From IMG/VR virus record IMGVR_UViG_3300020156_000190, positions 1 to 28,694 of that record: DNA of 28,694 bases; one strand, written 5' to 3'. The notes under the pieces were generated by a model, which searched no databases, was not told the origin of the DNA, and saw only the letters and a program-made list of their open reading frames with translations. Both the position numbers and the translations under genes were made by a program. Below, piece by piece: positions 6,822-14,090 of the stretch (the first letter of the stretch is position 1; each line of letters opens with the position of its first letter). This stretch comes from a virus. Taxonomy: Duplodnaviria > Caudoviricetes.

Positions 6822-7136
6822 ATGAGAAATTGGAGCGACGAAGCAAAATATTGTTCGTCTCGGGTAGTTCCTTCGGATTGGATTGAGGACATTCCGCAAA
6901 AGAACGCCCTTAGAGTTGAAACGATATCCGTTTCACATTGCGCTGATCGCTGCACGATGCAGCCGCCTGAACATTGGGCGCAAACAGCCAAGGAGCGTGG
7001 GTCCCTATGGTTGTTCTCCGGCGGAAGCCCGCTTGTTTTCGGTGAATGTCGGTTTAATACCTGCCCGATGCGTGAATTCTTTCGCCAAACAGGCGGAAAA
7101 CATTACGAGGATGCACCCGCTCGAATCGCAAATTAA
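6822..7136 (+). CDS. Hypothetical Cys-rich protein (104 aa)
   Basis: GGGAGG RBS; motifs HCADRC and CRFNTC suggest metal binding. Confidence 0.7.
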   Translation: MRNWSDEAKYCSSRVVPSDWIEDIPQKNALRVETISVSHCADRCTMQPPEHWAQTAKERGSLWLFSGGSPLVFGECRFNTCPMREFFRQTGGKHYEDAPARIAN

Positions 7137-7173
7137 CACAGGGGCTTCGGCCCCTCTAAGGAGGATAACGGGA

Positions 7174-7344
7174 ATGTACATCGTGGCTTGGGAAGGTCAA
7201 TTAATGACGGAGAAGGCGGACGAAGCAAAGATTCGGGAAATCATTAAAATCTTTGACTGCCGTCCATGGGTTCGCAAGGACTGGTCACTTGTTGGGGATT
7301 GGTGCACAAAGCGGGGTTCTTTGATTAGCGTTATACCGGCATGA
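7174..7344 (+). CDS. Hypothetical protein (56 aa)
   Basis: AAGGAGG RBS before ATG 7174 (MYIVAWEG); 3' part of the track ORF 6883..7344. Confidence 0.65.
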   Translation: MYIVAWEGQLMTEKADEAKIREIIKIFDCRPWVRKDWSLVGDWCTKRGSLISVIPA

Positions 7345-7383
7345 TCAATGGGGCGTAGACCCCTTCAAAGGAGGACATGAGTA

Positions 7384-7698
7384 ATGGCGACAAAAGCGAA
7401 ATCACGGGCCGTTTTGAAAGAACTAAACAAAATAAGAGATTCGTTGCCGCTCGGCGACCTGGAAAAATTAATCGAAGATATTCAACGCGAAATCATAGAG
7501 CCTATAGAGGAAAAACTTGACGTCCTGGCCGAAAAAGATCAGCTAACCGAAAAGCAAGAAGAGCGGCAGAGAACTTTGGAAGACGAACAAAGTGGATGGG
7601 AAAGCGTAATTGATGGAATTGATTCGTACAAAGACATGCTGGAAGAAATTGAAAACCTTATAGAAATAGTCGAACTGTTTGAGGAAATGGAGGAATAA
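7384..7698 (+). CDS. Acidic coiled-coil hypothetical protein (104 aa)
   Basis: AAGGAGG RBS; very E/D-rich with a heptad pattern. Confidence 0.75.
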   Translation: MATKAKSRAVLKELNKIRDSLPLGDLEKLIEDIQREIIEPIEEKLDVLAEKDQLTEKQEERQRTLEDEQSGWESVIDGIDSYKDMLEEIENLIEIVELFEEMEE

Positions 7699-7701
7699 CG
7701 C

Positions 7702-7782
7702 ATGGAAACAGTAACGCTGATTGTCAGTATGGCGGCGCTGGTGCTGTCGGTTGTGGCGCTGGTTCGGACGATTCGGAAATAA
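7702..7782 (+). CDS. Single-TM micropeptide (26 aa)
   Basis: GGAGG RBS; METVTLIVSMAALVLSVVALVRTIRK. Confidence 0.65.
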   Translation: METVTLIVSMAALVLSVVALVRTIRK

Positions 7783-7850
7783 GAAGGATTAAGTGGCGTT
7801 TGAGCGAAATAAGATAATACCAAAGATTAGGACGAAAGGAGGAAATCCCC

Positions 7851-8060
7851 ATGGTAAAACCCTTTGATCGGGCCGAGCTTGAAAACTCAATTGTTGAGGA
7901 TATAGAAAAGGCTATGATAAAAAAGCACAATGAGCGAGAAAGGATCGGCAAAATCACCGGGGCAATCCTAGGAATTATATTCATGTTTGCCGCCATTTTT
8001 AACACTGACATGATCAACTGGGGGACCGTCTGGGAAGACGTTAAAAATATGTTGCCATAG
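7851..8060 (+). CDS. Small membrane protein (69 aa)
   Basis: AAGGAGG RBS; TM segment ITGAILGIIFMFAAIF; ends at a terminator. Confidence 0.75.
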   Translation: MVKPFDRAELENSIVEDIEKAMIKKHNERERIGKITGAILGIIFMFAAIFNTDMINWGTVWEDVKNMLP

Positions 8061-8101
8061 TGACAAAGCCCACCGACCATATAGGTTAGTGGGCTTTGTC
8101 A
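8061..8101. terminator. Long hairpin, probable bidirectional terminator
   Basis: TGACAAAGCCCAC...GTGGGCTTTGTCA, 13-bp perfect arms, between convergent units. Confidence 0.7.
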
Positions 8102-8105
8102 TGTA

Positions 8106-8407
8106 CGTCAGTTTGACGGGGGTTGAAGCGTCCCCCAAAACGAGGAAAGTTGAACCGCCCTCAATATGAGGGTACTTGAGTATTAACCAGTTTGGTTAGT
8201 ACTCGACAATGCGTCGAGGGCTTAACTATTACCAAACTGGTAAGGGTTCAGCGAGGGACAAATTGTCCGGTACTCACTTACCGTCAAATTGACGGGTACT
8301 GAACACCTCTTGTTTTGAGAGGGGTTGAGTATATACCAACGTGGTAGGTACTGCGTTGTCCTCGTTTTAGGAACAACTAAAAAAGGGTAGCGCAATTTGC
8401 GCCACCC
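8106..8407. repeat. Array of 12 variable palindromes on a ~26-bp period with a conserved linker
   Basis: Palindrome centres at 8112, 8139, 8165, 8191, 8210, 8236, 8262, 8288, 8314, 8340, 8366 and 8396; core CA-NNN-TG; linkers of the GGTACT(G/C)A or GGGGTTGA type. Confidence 0.9.
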
Positions 8408-8416
8408 CATAACATA

Positions 8417-9091
8417 TTATTTTGCTTCTTCCGCTGCAATGCGTTCGCGATGACGTGGCAGAGCGCGTGTGCTGATGTTGGCATACTGTCCGTATATAGT
8501 ATCTGATACTTTAATATCCAGTCCAAACTTATCTGCCATCGACATTAGATTTACAGTGTCGTCTAACACCTCTTGTCTGTAGACGAGCATTTCAGGGGTC
8601 ATTTGGTCCTTTTTTATCATTTTAGGGTAACCGAACATTGTAGAGACTGCTTTGTTCGCAATGGTGTTGGCTTTGATGAAATCTGGCTTGCAGGGATCAC
8701 GAAATGCTTCTTTCAATCTTGCCATAGCTTCCTTTTGATGTTCCTTATCAAGCATGCGGAATACTTGAAATCCCTCTAGCCCGGATGCCTGGCGGAGCGA
8801 CTTAAGCATCTCAAAAACCCAGCGTTTGAACTCTTTAGCTTCTTTCTTGCGGCTCTCAAACACTGCGTCGTAAATCCCGTATTCATTGACAATTAGCATT
8901 TCTTGTACCCTACCAAGCGAATCTGGGATGTGGCCGTTTGAAACGGCTTCGTCATCTAAACGTTCCTTGATTCGTTTCGCTTTCAGATTCAAGACTTTGG
9001 CGATGTCTGCCAAGACTGCCCACCAATCGCCCGGCTCCTTTTCAACAAAGCGAATATCATGCCCATTCCAATTTTCTACGCGAATTTCCAA
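8417..9091 (-). CDS. Bro-N domain (antirepressor-like) DNA-binding protein
   Basis: ENWNGHDIRFV...WWAVLADIAKVL...DSLGRVQEMLIVNEYGIYDAVFESRKKEAKEFKRWV; probable TTG start at 9091 (track start 9106). Confidence 0.88.
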   Translation of the reverse strand: MEIRVENWNGHDIRFVEKEPGDWWAVLADIAKVLNLKAKRIKERLDDEAVSNGHIPDSLGRVQEMLIVNEYGIYDAVFESRKKEAKEFKRWVFEMLKSLRQASGLEGFQVFRMLDKEHQKEAMARLKEAFRDPCKPDFIKANTIANKAVSTMFGYPKMIKKDQMTPEMLVYRQEVLDDTVNLMSMADKFGLDIKVSDTIYGQYANISTRALPRHRERIAAEEAK

Positions 9092-9148
9092 TAAAACGCC
9101 CCCCATTCAAATGTATTAAATAGGATGCCGAATCATGTTGGGAATACA

Positions 9149-9178
9149 ATACTACCATAAGCAACTGGAAAAACGCAA
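9149..9178 (-). promoter_or_regulatory. Putative sigmaA promoter of the Bro-N gene
   Basis: TTGCGT (9178-9173), 18 bp, TAGTAT (9154-9149) with extended TG. Confidence 0.5.
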
Positions 9179-9200
9179 CGTTCGCATCACACACGAACAG

Positions 9201-9234
9201 AAAAAAGCCCCATCAACTGAATGACAGGGCTTCT
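9201..9234 (-). terminator. Terminator of the lysis operon
   Basis: Imperfect stem AAGCCC...GGGCTT followed by a T-run on the minus strand. Confidence 0.55.
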
Positions 9235-9264
9235 ACTGGTGCTACCGGATTTGAATCTGTTATA

Positions 9265-10035
9265 TCACTTTGCTTTGAATGTTCCAAGATTATGCAGAAT
9301 CTGAATGATTTTAATTTCCGGCGTGCCTTTATCGTTAGATGTTGTGATCGCCCCCGCTGCTTTAGCCGCTCCAATCGCTTCAAGCGCCCACGCCGGAGGT
9401 TCTTGGTTGCCAGAAATGTTAACGTGCTTTTCAACCTTTTCTAAGCGAGCTACAAGCGCCTCATATTCTTCTCTTGTCACTTCGTCTACACTCTCCTTAT
9501 AAATAACCCAGTATTGTTTTGCTTCACGTGCAAAAACGATTTCTTTGGCCGTTACCTTTCCGTCATTGCGGACGCCTTGATCAACAAGACCATCAGCGCC
9601 ATACTTCGTGTTATCGTGGTTCGGATCGTAAACGTCAATCCATCCATCCTTTGTGATCCCAACAAGCAAAATAAAATGACCGCCTCCGGTAAAGTGTCCT
9701 TTACCCATTGAGGCGATCACTAATTTGCCCTCTCTTAGTGCCGCCTTAGCGGCTTCTAAACTACCGGTTTGTATACACTGTAACCCGTAATTCTTGGCGG
9801 CGCTGGCGAAGAATCCCCATGCTGTGCCGTTGTTAGCCGTTCGATATCCCTTGCTAATAGCGTATTTACACATTTCTGTAGGCAAAATCTCCTTGCCTAA
9901 GTATGTGCTTGCCACCATAGCGAACGATGTCGGGCCGCAACCTGATGCGCCGATTGTCTCTCCGGCGTCTCCATCAATAGTGTACGGCGTATTCTTCCAA
10001 CGCTTATCCTCTTGGCTATAGTAGACTACGTTCAC
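9265..10035 (-). CDS. Putative endolysin, C39-like cysteine peptidase
   Basis: YYSQED.RW, SGCGPTSFAM (Cys), GHFILL (His) and YDPN motifs; directly after the holin. Confidence 0.8.
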   Translation of the reverse strand: MNVVYYSQEDKRWKNTPYTIDGDAGETIGASGCGPTSFAMVASTYLGKEILPTEMCKYAISKGYRTANNGTAWGFFASAAKNYGLQCIQTGSLEAAKAALREGKLVIASMGKGHFTGGGHFILLVGITKDGWIDVYDPNHDNTKYGADGLVDQGVRNDGKVTAKEIVFAREAKQYWVIYKESVDEVTREEYEALVARLEKVEKHVNISGNQEPPAWALEAIGAAKAAGAITTSNDKGTPEIKIIQILHNLGTFKAK

Positions 10036-10301
10036 TTATCTTCACCGCTTTTCTTGGCCTGCTTAATCAGTTGGTTACCGTAAACGGCCACAGCACCGCA
10101 CAGGATGCCTTGGATAAGGCTTTGAATCGTATAGCCTTGTAGAAACATTGCAAATACAATTGCAAACGCTGTGACGATGTAGATGATCGACCAATCCGGC
10201 ACCTTTGGAGTTTGTTTAAGAATCCCTCCAATGACCCAACAAGCAACAACAACAATTAACAATTCCGGGTTAATAAACTCAAGTACTGCGTTCCATTCCA
10301 T
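10032..10301 (-). CDS. Holin
   Basis: Three hydrophobic segments; LKQTPKVPDWSI; IQGILCGAVAVYGNQLIKQ; start MEWN after an AGGAG RBS. Confidence 0.85.
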   Translation of the reverse strand: MEWNAVLEFINPELLIVVVACWVIGGILKQTPKVPDWSIIYIVTAFAIVFAMFLQGYTIQSLIQGILCGAVAVYGNQLIKQAKKSGEDK

Positions 10302-10317
10302 TTCTATCACTCCTAAT

Positions 10318-10575
10318 TTATTTAAGTCCGCCAGATATGATAAAAGCGGCAATTGCCAAAATAATAGCCCCGGCGAATGTTCGCCAGAGCCATTTTTGGT
10401 TATCTTCGATTTTGTCTATCCTGTGATGTGCTGATTTCGATGATTCAAGCGCTTTTGCTGCTGTCTCATTAGCTGAAATTGCTCTATCAAGTTTTTCGTC
10501 CATATTATCGACTTTAGTTTCCACTCGCGTTATACGCTGTAGCATTTCACTTTGTACCGCTTGTGTTTCGTTCAT
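10318..10575 (-). CDS. XhlA-like lysis protein
   Basis: Coiled coil then SAHHRIDKIEDNQKWLWR and a C-terminal TM; upstream of the holin. Confidence 0.8.
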   Translation of the reverse strand: MNETQAVQSEMLQRITRVETKVDNMDEKLDRAISANETAAKALESSKSAHHRIDKIEDNQKWLWRTFAGAIILAIAAFIISGGLK

Positions 10576-10750
10576 CTGCCTGTACCTTTCCTTTCTCTAA
10601 TTCTTGAAGTTTCTTATCCGTAGAATCTCGGATAGCCCGCAATACCTTCGCCTCCTGTCCTGGATGAAATGACGTAACAAGCGAGATAACCGCCAAAACA
10701 TCCGGTATTGATGGTTCAATTTCAATAGACAGCCTTTTGATAATCGCCAT
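10547..10750 (-). CDS. Hypothetical protein
   Basis: AGGGGTG RBS before MAIIKRL; first gene of the lysis cluster. Confidence 0.65.
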   Translation of the reverse strand: MAIIKRLSIEIEPSIPDVLAVISLVTSFHPGQEAKVLRAIRDSTDKKLQELEKGKVQADERNTSGTK

Positions 10751-10775
10751 ATATACACCCCTTTTAGGCATAATA

Positions 10776-10802
10776 AAAAGCCCCGCCAGTTGACGGGACT
10801 TT
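10776..10802 (-). terminator. Intrinsic terminator
   Basis: AAAAGCCCCGCCA..TGACGGGACTTT imperfect stem after 10817..11362. Confidence 0.6.
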
Positions 10803-10816
10803 AGGTAAACGGTATG

Positions 10817-11362
10817 TTATTCCATTGTCGATAAGGCTTCATCCATTAATTTAAGCGCCTCATTGTACTCCTGGAGTCTTTGCTTTACCTTTTCCAAATC
10901 GGCTTTTGTTTGTTCGATATCTGTGGCGCTCGTTGGTTCTTCTAACTCATCTTCGTATGCATTGATGGCAGCTTCTGTCTGCGGAATCATTGTGTTCGTT
11001 AAGAATGAACGTTTTTCAGATATTTCATGATCGGAAAGACCGATGTATGGATTATTTGATGTGACTACCGAAGCTGCGCCGTTACTATCTGATGTTTCCA
11101 GTGTGGTTATATTTACTGTCTTAGTCGCATTATCCACGCTTATATCTCCCCCCATTTCTTCAGAAAAAGACCGGACCGGAGCAAAGGTTTTATTGTTGGC
11201 TACAATCGCTTTCTCATCTAGTTTGTTTCCGTTAACTACAATGGTGTATTCACCCGTAATTTTATTTCCTATAAGAGATAATTGGTTGGCGAAAGCCCCT
11301 ACGGGTATAGACAAAATTAAACCAACAATAATACCAATTGCTAAATATCTGAATTTCTTCAT
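10817..11362 (-). CDS. Secreted protein with a copper-amine-oxidase N-terminal-like domain (moron)
   Basis: Signal peptide MKKFRYLAIGIIVG...AFA; VNG...TFAPVRSFSEEMGGDISVD..TKTVNI; C-terminal coiled coil; own TATAAT and terminator. Confidence 0.7.
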   Translation of the reverse strand: MKKFRYLAIGIIVGLILSIPVGAFANQLSLIGNKITGEYTIVVNGNKLDEKAIVANNKTFAPVRSFSEEMGGDISVDNATKTVNITTLETSDSNGAASVVTSNNPYIGLSDHEISEKRSFLTNTMIPQTEAAINAYEDELEEPTSATDIEQTKADLEKVKQRLQEYNEALKLMDEALSTME

Positions 11363-11430
11363 TCTCGCTTTCCTCCCGACATAAGTAATATACTTATTAT
11401 AACGAATATCGGATAAGTTGGTCGCAAAAT

Positions 11431-12969
11431 TTACATTCCGATGTGCTCCATTATATCAATTATGGTTTGTTCGACATCGATAATACTTCCAATTCTTACA
11501 GTGTCGTAGAATCTAGTGTTACCTTGAACTAACACTTCTCCAAACCCATGTAAGAATAATTCATCGTCCGCGATAATATGAAGCGCCCCAGATATCGAGT
11601 AAACCTGCCCTTCATAAGCGCCGGTAGGTCCCCAGAACACAAACCCACCCATTCCTGCGTCTGTGTTGTATCCGAGTGTAACCCGCTCCTCACCCGAATC
11701 ATCAAAAGACCTAAAACCCGATTCATCCATTTCTATGCGTCTACCGTTTTCATCCGTGCGGATCAACGCACCCGTAACAGTTCCGCCTACGAGTTCCGAT
11801 CCTTCGATATAAGTGCCGAATATTTCACCGCCAGTGATCTTTGAAGCTGTGATTTCGCCACTAAACTCTGCCCCCGACGCGATCATGTGGCCGTCTTCGT
11901 CTACGCTGAAATTGCTGCCTATATGGATACTACCACCGATAAACTGCCCGGCCCGCACGATCCCATTAAATTCGTATTCACCATTGATTGGATCAAAGTA
12001 GAGGGCATCTTCATAACTACCGCTGCCGTCTCCTTTCTGCATTCTGAATTCATCGGCATTCCAGATAGATCGAGCCAAAAGATCATATCTCTCGATTACT
12101 ATACCTTCGTCCGGGCCAATCTTAACGCCATACATCCACTTATCCTTGCCCACCGTAGTTGTTTGGATGCGATATATGATGTCCTGTAAACCCGTAATGG
12201 CGCTTGAAATAACAACGGAACTGTTGATTCGACGTTTAGGAGAATAGGAATATTGGGTGATTCGTTGCGCCTCATCGATGCCTAATTCTTCATCAACAAT
12301 GTCCACCGTGTCACCAAGTTCGAAATATTCCAATCCCTCAAACTCCTTCAACGAGTTAAGTTCAACGATATCCACTTCATATGCCGTTATAACCTCGCCA
12401 GATTGCCCGTTAACGTCTTTGACGATGCCCCGAAGGTTTTTGCCCAGGCTGAATTGCACGCCGCGATCTTGGCCCCTCCTGGTCAGTAGATTAACGGTGT
12501 ATTTGTCAAAGAGTAGTTCGCCCCCGGTTTGTTTGGCAATTTCCATGATTACCGCCCGAGCCGTTACACCTTCTTTTAAATCCACGCTGATAATACCTGA
12601 TAAGCCCACGCCGCCGACCGTGAAGTTAGTCCCTTCTAAAGCCATATTGAGCAGTTGTGCCGGTGTGCCAGAGTGGATAAATCCTCCCTCAAACACAGTA
12701 AAGAGCAGATCATAGGCGACCTGCTCACATTCTACTGCTATGGCGACCTCTCCGCTTTGGGATCGCGTTCGGCGGTGGTGAACGATATTAAAGTATTGCC
12801 CTTCGGCTTCGGCATAGTTGCCGATTTGAATGTACTGGCTTTTGTCGTCGTCAAGATAAACCGAGAACTTTAGCGTATACGCCCCGTTGATCTGTTCTGC
12901 GATTTCATCAGAAAAGTAATCTTCCAGGATCGCGAGCGGCTTATATGACGAATTTAATATCGTGATCAA
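11431..12969 (-). CDS. Tal-like baseplate hub / tail spike protein
   Basis: E.INGAYTLKF, CEQVAYDL, GVQFSLGKNL and LGDTV motifs typical of prophage tail (endopeptidase-like) proteins; beta-rich C-terminus. Confidence 0.8.
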   Translation of the reverse strand: MITILNSSYKPLAILEDYFSDEIAEQINGAYTLKFSVYLDDDKSQYIQIGNYAEAEGQYFNIVHHRRTRSQSGEVAIAVECEQVAYDLLFTVFEGGFIHSGTPAQLLNMALEGTNFTVGGVGLSGIISVDLKEGVTARAVIMEIAKQTGGELLFDKYTVNLLTRRGQDRGVQFSLGKNLRGIVKDVNGQSGEVITAYEVDIVELNSLKEFEGLEYFELGDTVDIVDEELGIDEAQRITQYSYSPKRRINSSVVISSAITGLQDIIYRIQTTTVGKDKWMYGVKIGPDEGIVIERYDLLARSIWNADEFRMQKGDGSGSYEDALYFDPINGEYEFNGIVRAGQFIGGSIHIGSNFSVDEDGHMIASGAEFSGEITASKITGGEIFGTYIEGSELVGGTVTGALIRTDENGRRIEMDESGFRSFDDSGEERVTLGYNTDAGMGGFVFWGPTGAYEGQVYSISGALHIIADDELFLHGFGEVLVQGNTRFYDTVRIGSIIDVEQTIIDIMEHIGM

Positions 12970-13035
12970 TGTATCACCTCCAAATATAAAATAAACCTCA
13001 CTAATTAGTGAGGCTGTTGCGCAAGCAATATCGTC

Positions 13036-14061
13036 CTACTGTACATGTTTATCATTAGAATAAAACACTATTTTATTGAATGTTGGCTTGATGTAATGCT
13101 TTGCAAGCACCCCCAGCGCTACCGGCATGGCTAAGCTGCAAGATAGAATCCAAATCCTAGTAAGATAAACATTTTGAACTCCTACCATTTGTAGCAAATT
13201 ATACCTTAGGCTTAAATCAATGAATAATTTGTGATACATAAAAATATAGAGCGAGAAACTCCCAACATAACCAATCCATTTTAATATCACTAGATTTTTA
13301 AACTTAGATACAACTTGGTAAAGATTGAACAGCAATCCAAATACCAATAAGGTATACACCAACAAATAATCGTTTGGAGGATTAGACCAAATCGAATGAA
13401 TTAAGCCTTTATACTCAAAGATTGTTAGCAACAATATAACCAACAACAGTCCCAAAAAATTAGTTCTCATCCCAGTTAATTTGGGCAAATAATTATGAAG
13501 CATCATCCCAAGGGAGTACACGAATAAGTAAGTGCCCCCAAGTAAATTTCCCCCACCACCCATGATATTGCCTATCACCGTGTGGGCAGTAATGTAGTTC
13601 GAAATTAAATATATAACTATGAGTATGCCAATATGGTATAAACAATTGTTCTTAAAGTTAATGACTTTATATAAAATAGTCGAACAAAGTACCAATTGAA
13701 TATAGAAAGCAAAGAAATAAAACGGTGGAGACGCTGAGAATGTTGCCAATTGATTGATAAACGTAATAAAGTCGAATCTCATGCTGTTAACAAAAACATG
13801 ATAGACAAAAGAAGCTATAATGTAAGATGTTATAGGGGCCCTTAGCCTATACCAAAGATATTTATGGTCTATCTCATTCCTACCTGAGATTGAAACTGAA
13901 GAGGTTATTCCGGCTAATAATATAAATAGGGTTACCGAAAAACCAGTATGAAGCAAAATCAATTGGTTATCAAAAATAATTCCTGCCGTATGATTTAAAA
14001 TGACAGCCAATATTGCAACTACCTTCATCAAATCTAACCACTCATATCTTTGTTTAGACAC
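13036..14061 (-). CDS. Acyltransferase-3 (OafA/OatA-like) integral membrane O-acyltransferase
   Basis: RYEWLDLMKVVAILAVILNH, VTLFILLAG and GSFSLYIFMYH motifs; about 10 hydrophobic segments; visibly AT-rich. Confidence 0.88.
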   Translation of the reverse strand: MSKQRYEWLDLMKVVAILAVILNHTAGIIFDNQLILLHTGFSVTLFILLAGITSSVSISGRNEIDHKYLWYRLRAPITSYIIASFVYHVFVNSMRFDFITFINQLATFSASPPFYFFAFYIQLVLCSTILYKVINFKNNCLYHIGILIVIYLISNYITAHTVIGNIMGGGGNLLGGTYLFVYSLGMMLHNYLPKLTGMRTNFLGLLLVILLLTIFEYKGLIHSIWSNPPNDYLLVYTLLVFGLLFNLYQVVSKFKNLVILKWIGYVGSFSLYIFMYHKLFIDLSLRYNLLQMVGVQNVYLTRIWILSCSLAMPVALGVLAKHYIKPTFNKIVFYSNDKHVQ

Positions 14062-14090
14062 CTATAGCACCCCAGTATTTACCTTATACA

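Noticed and set aside
6613-6991. Track ORFs 6613..6825, 6643..6846 and 6761..6991
   Set aside because: They overlap better-supported genes (6600..6725 and 6822..7136) and lack RBSs.
6883-7173. 5' extension making a 153-aa ORF
   Set aside because: It overlaps 6822..7136 in another frame, and a strong RBS supports the start at 7174.
8106-8407. CRISPR array
   Set aside because: There is no constant 23-47 bp repeat, the palindromes are the variable part, the period is too short, and no cas gene lies in the window.
8222-8410. 62-aa ORF across the array
   Set aside because: No RBS, and the 26-bp period is out of step with codons; probably a chance ORF.
9165-9200. SOS box at the Bro-N promoter
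   Set aside because: GAAC and GTTC half-sites are present but not in the GAAC-N4-GTTC arrangement.
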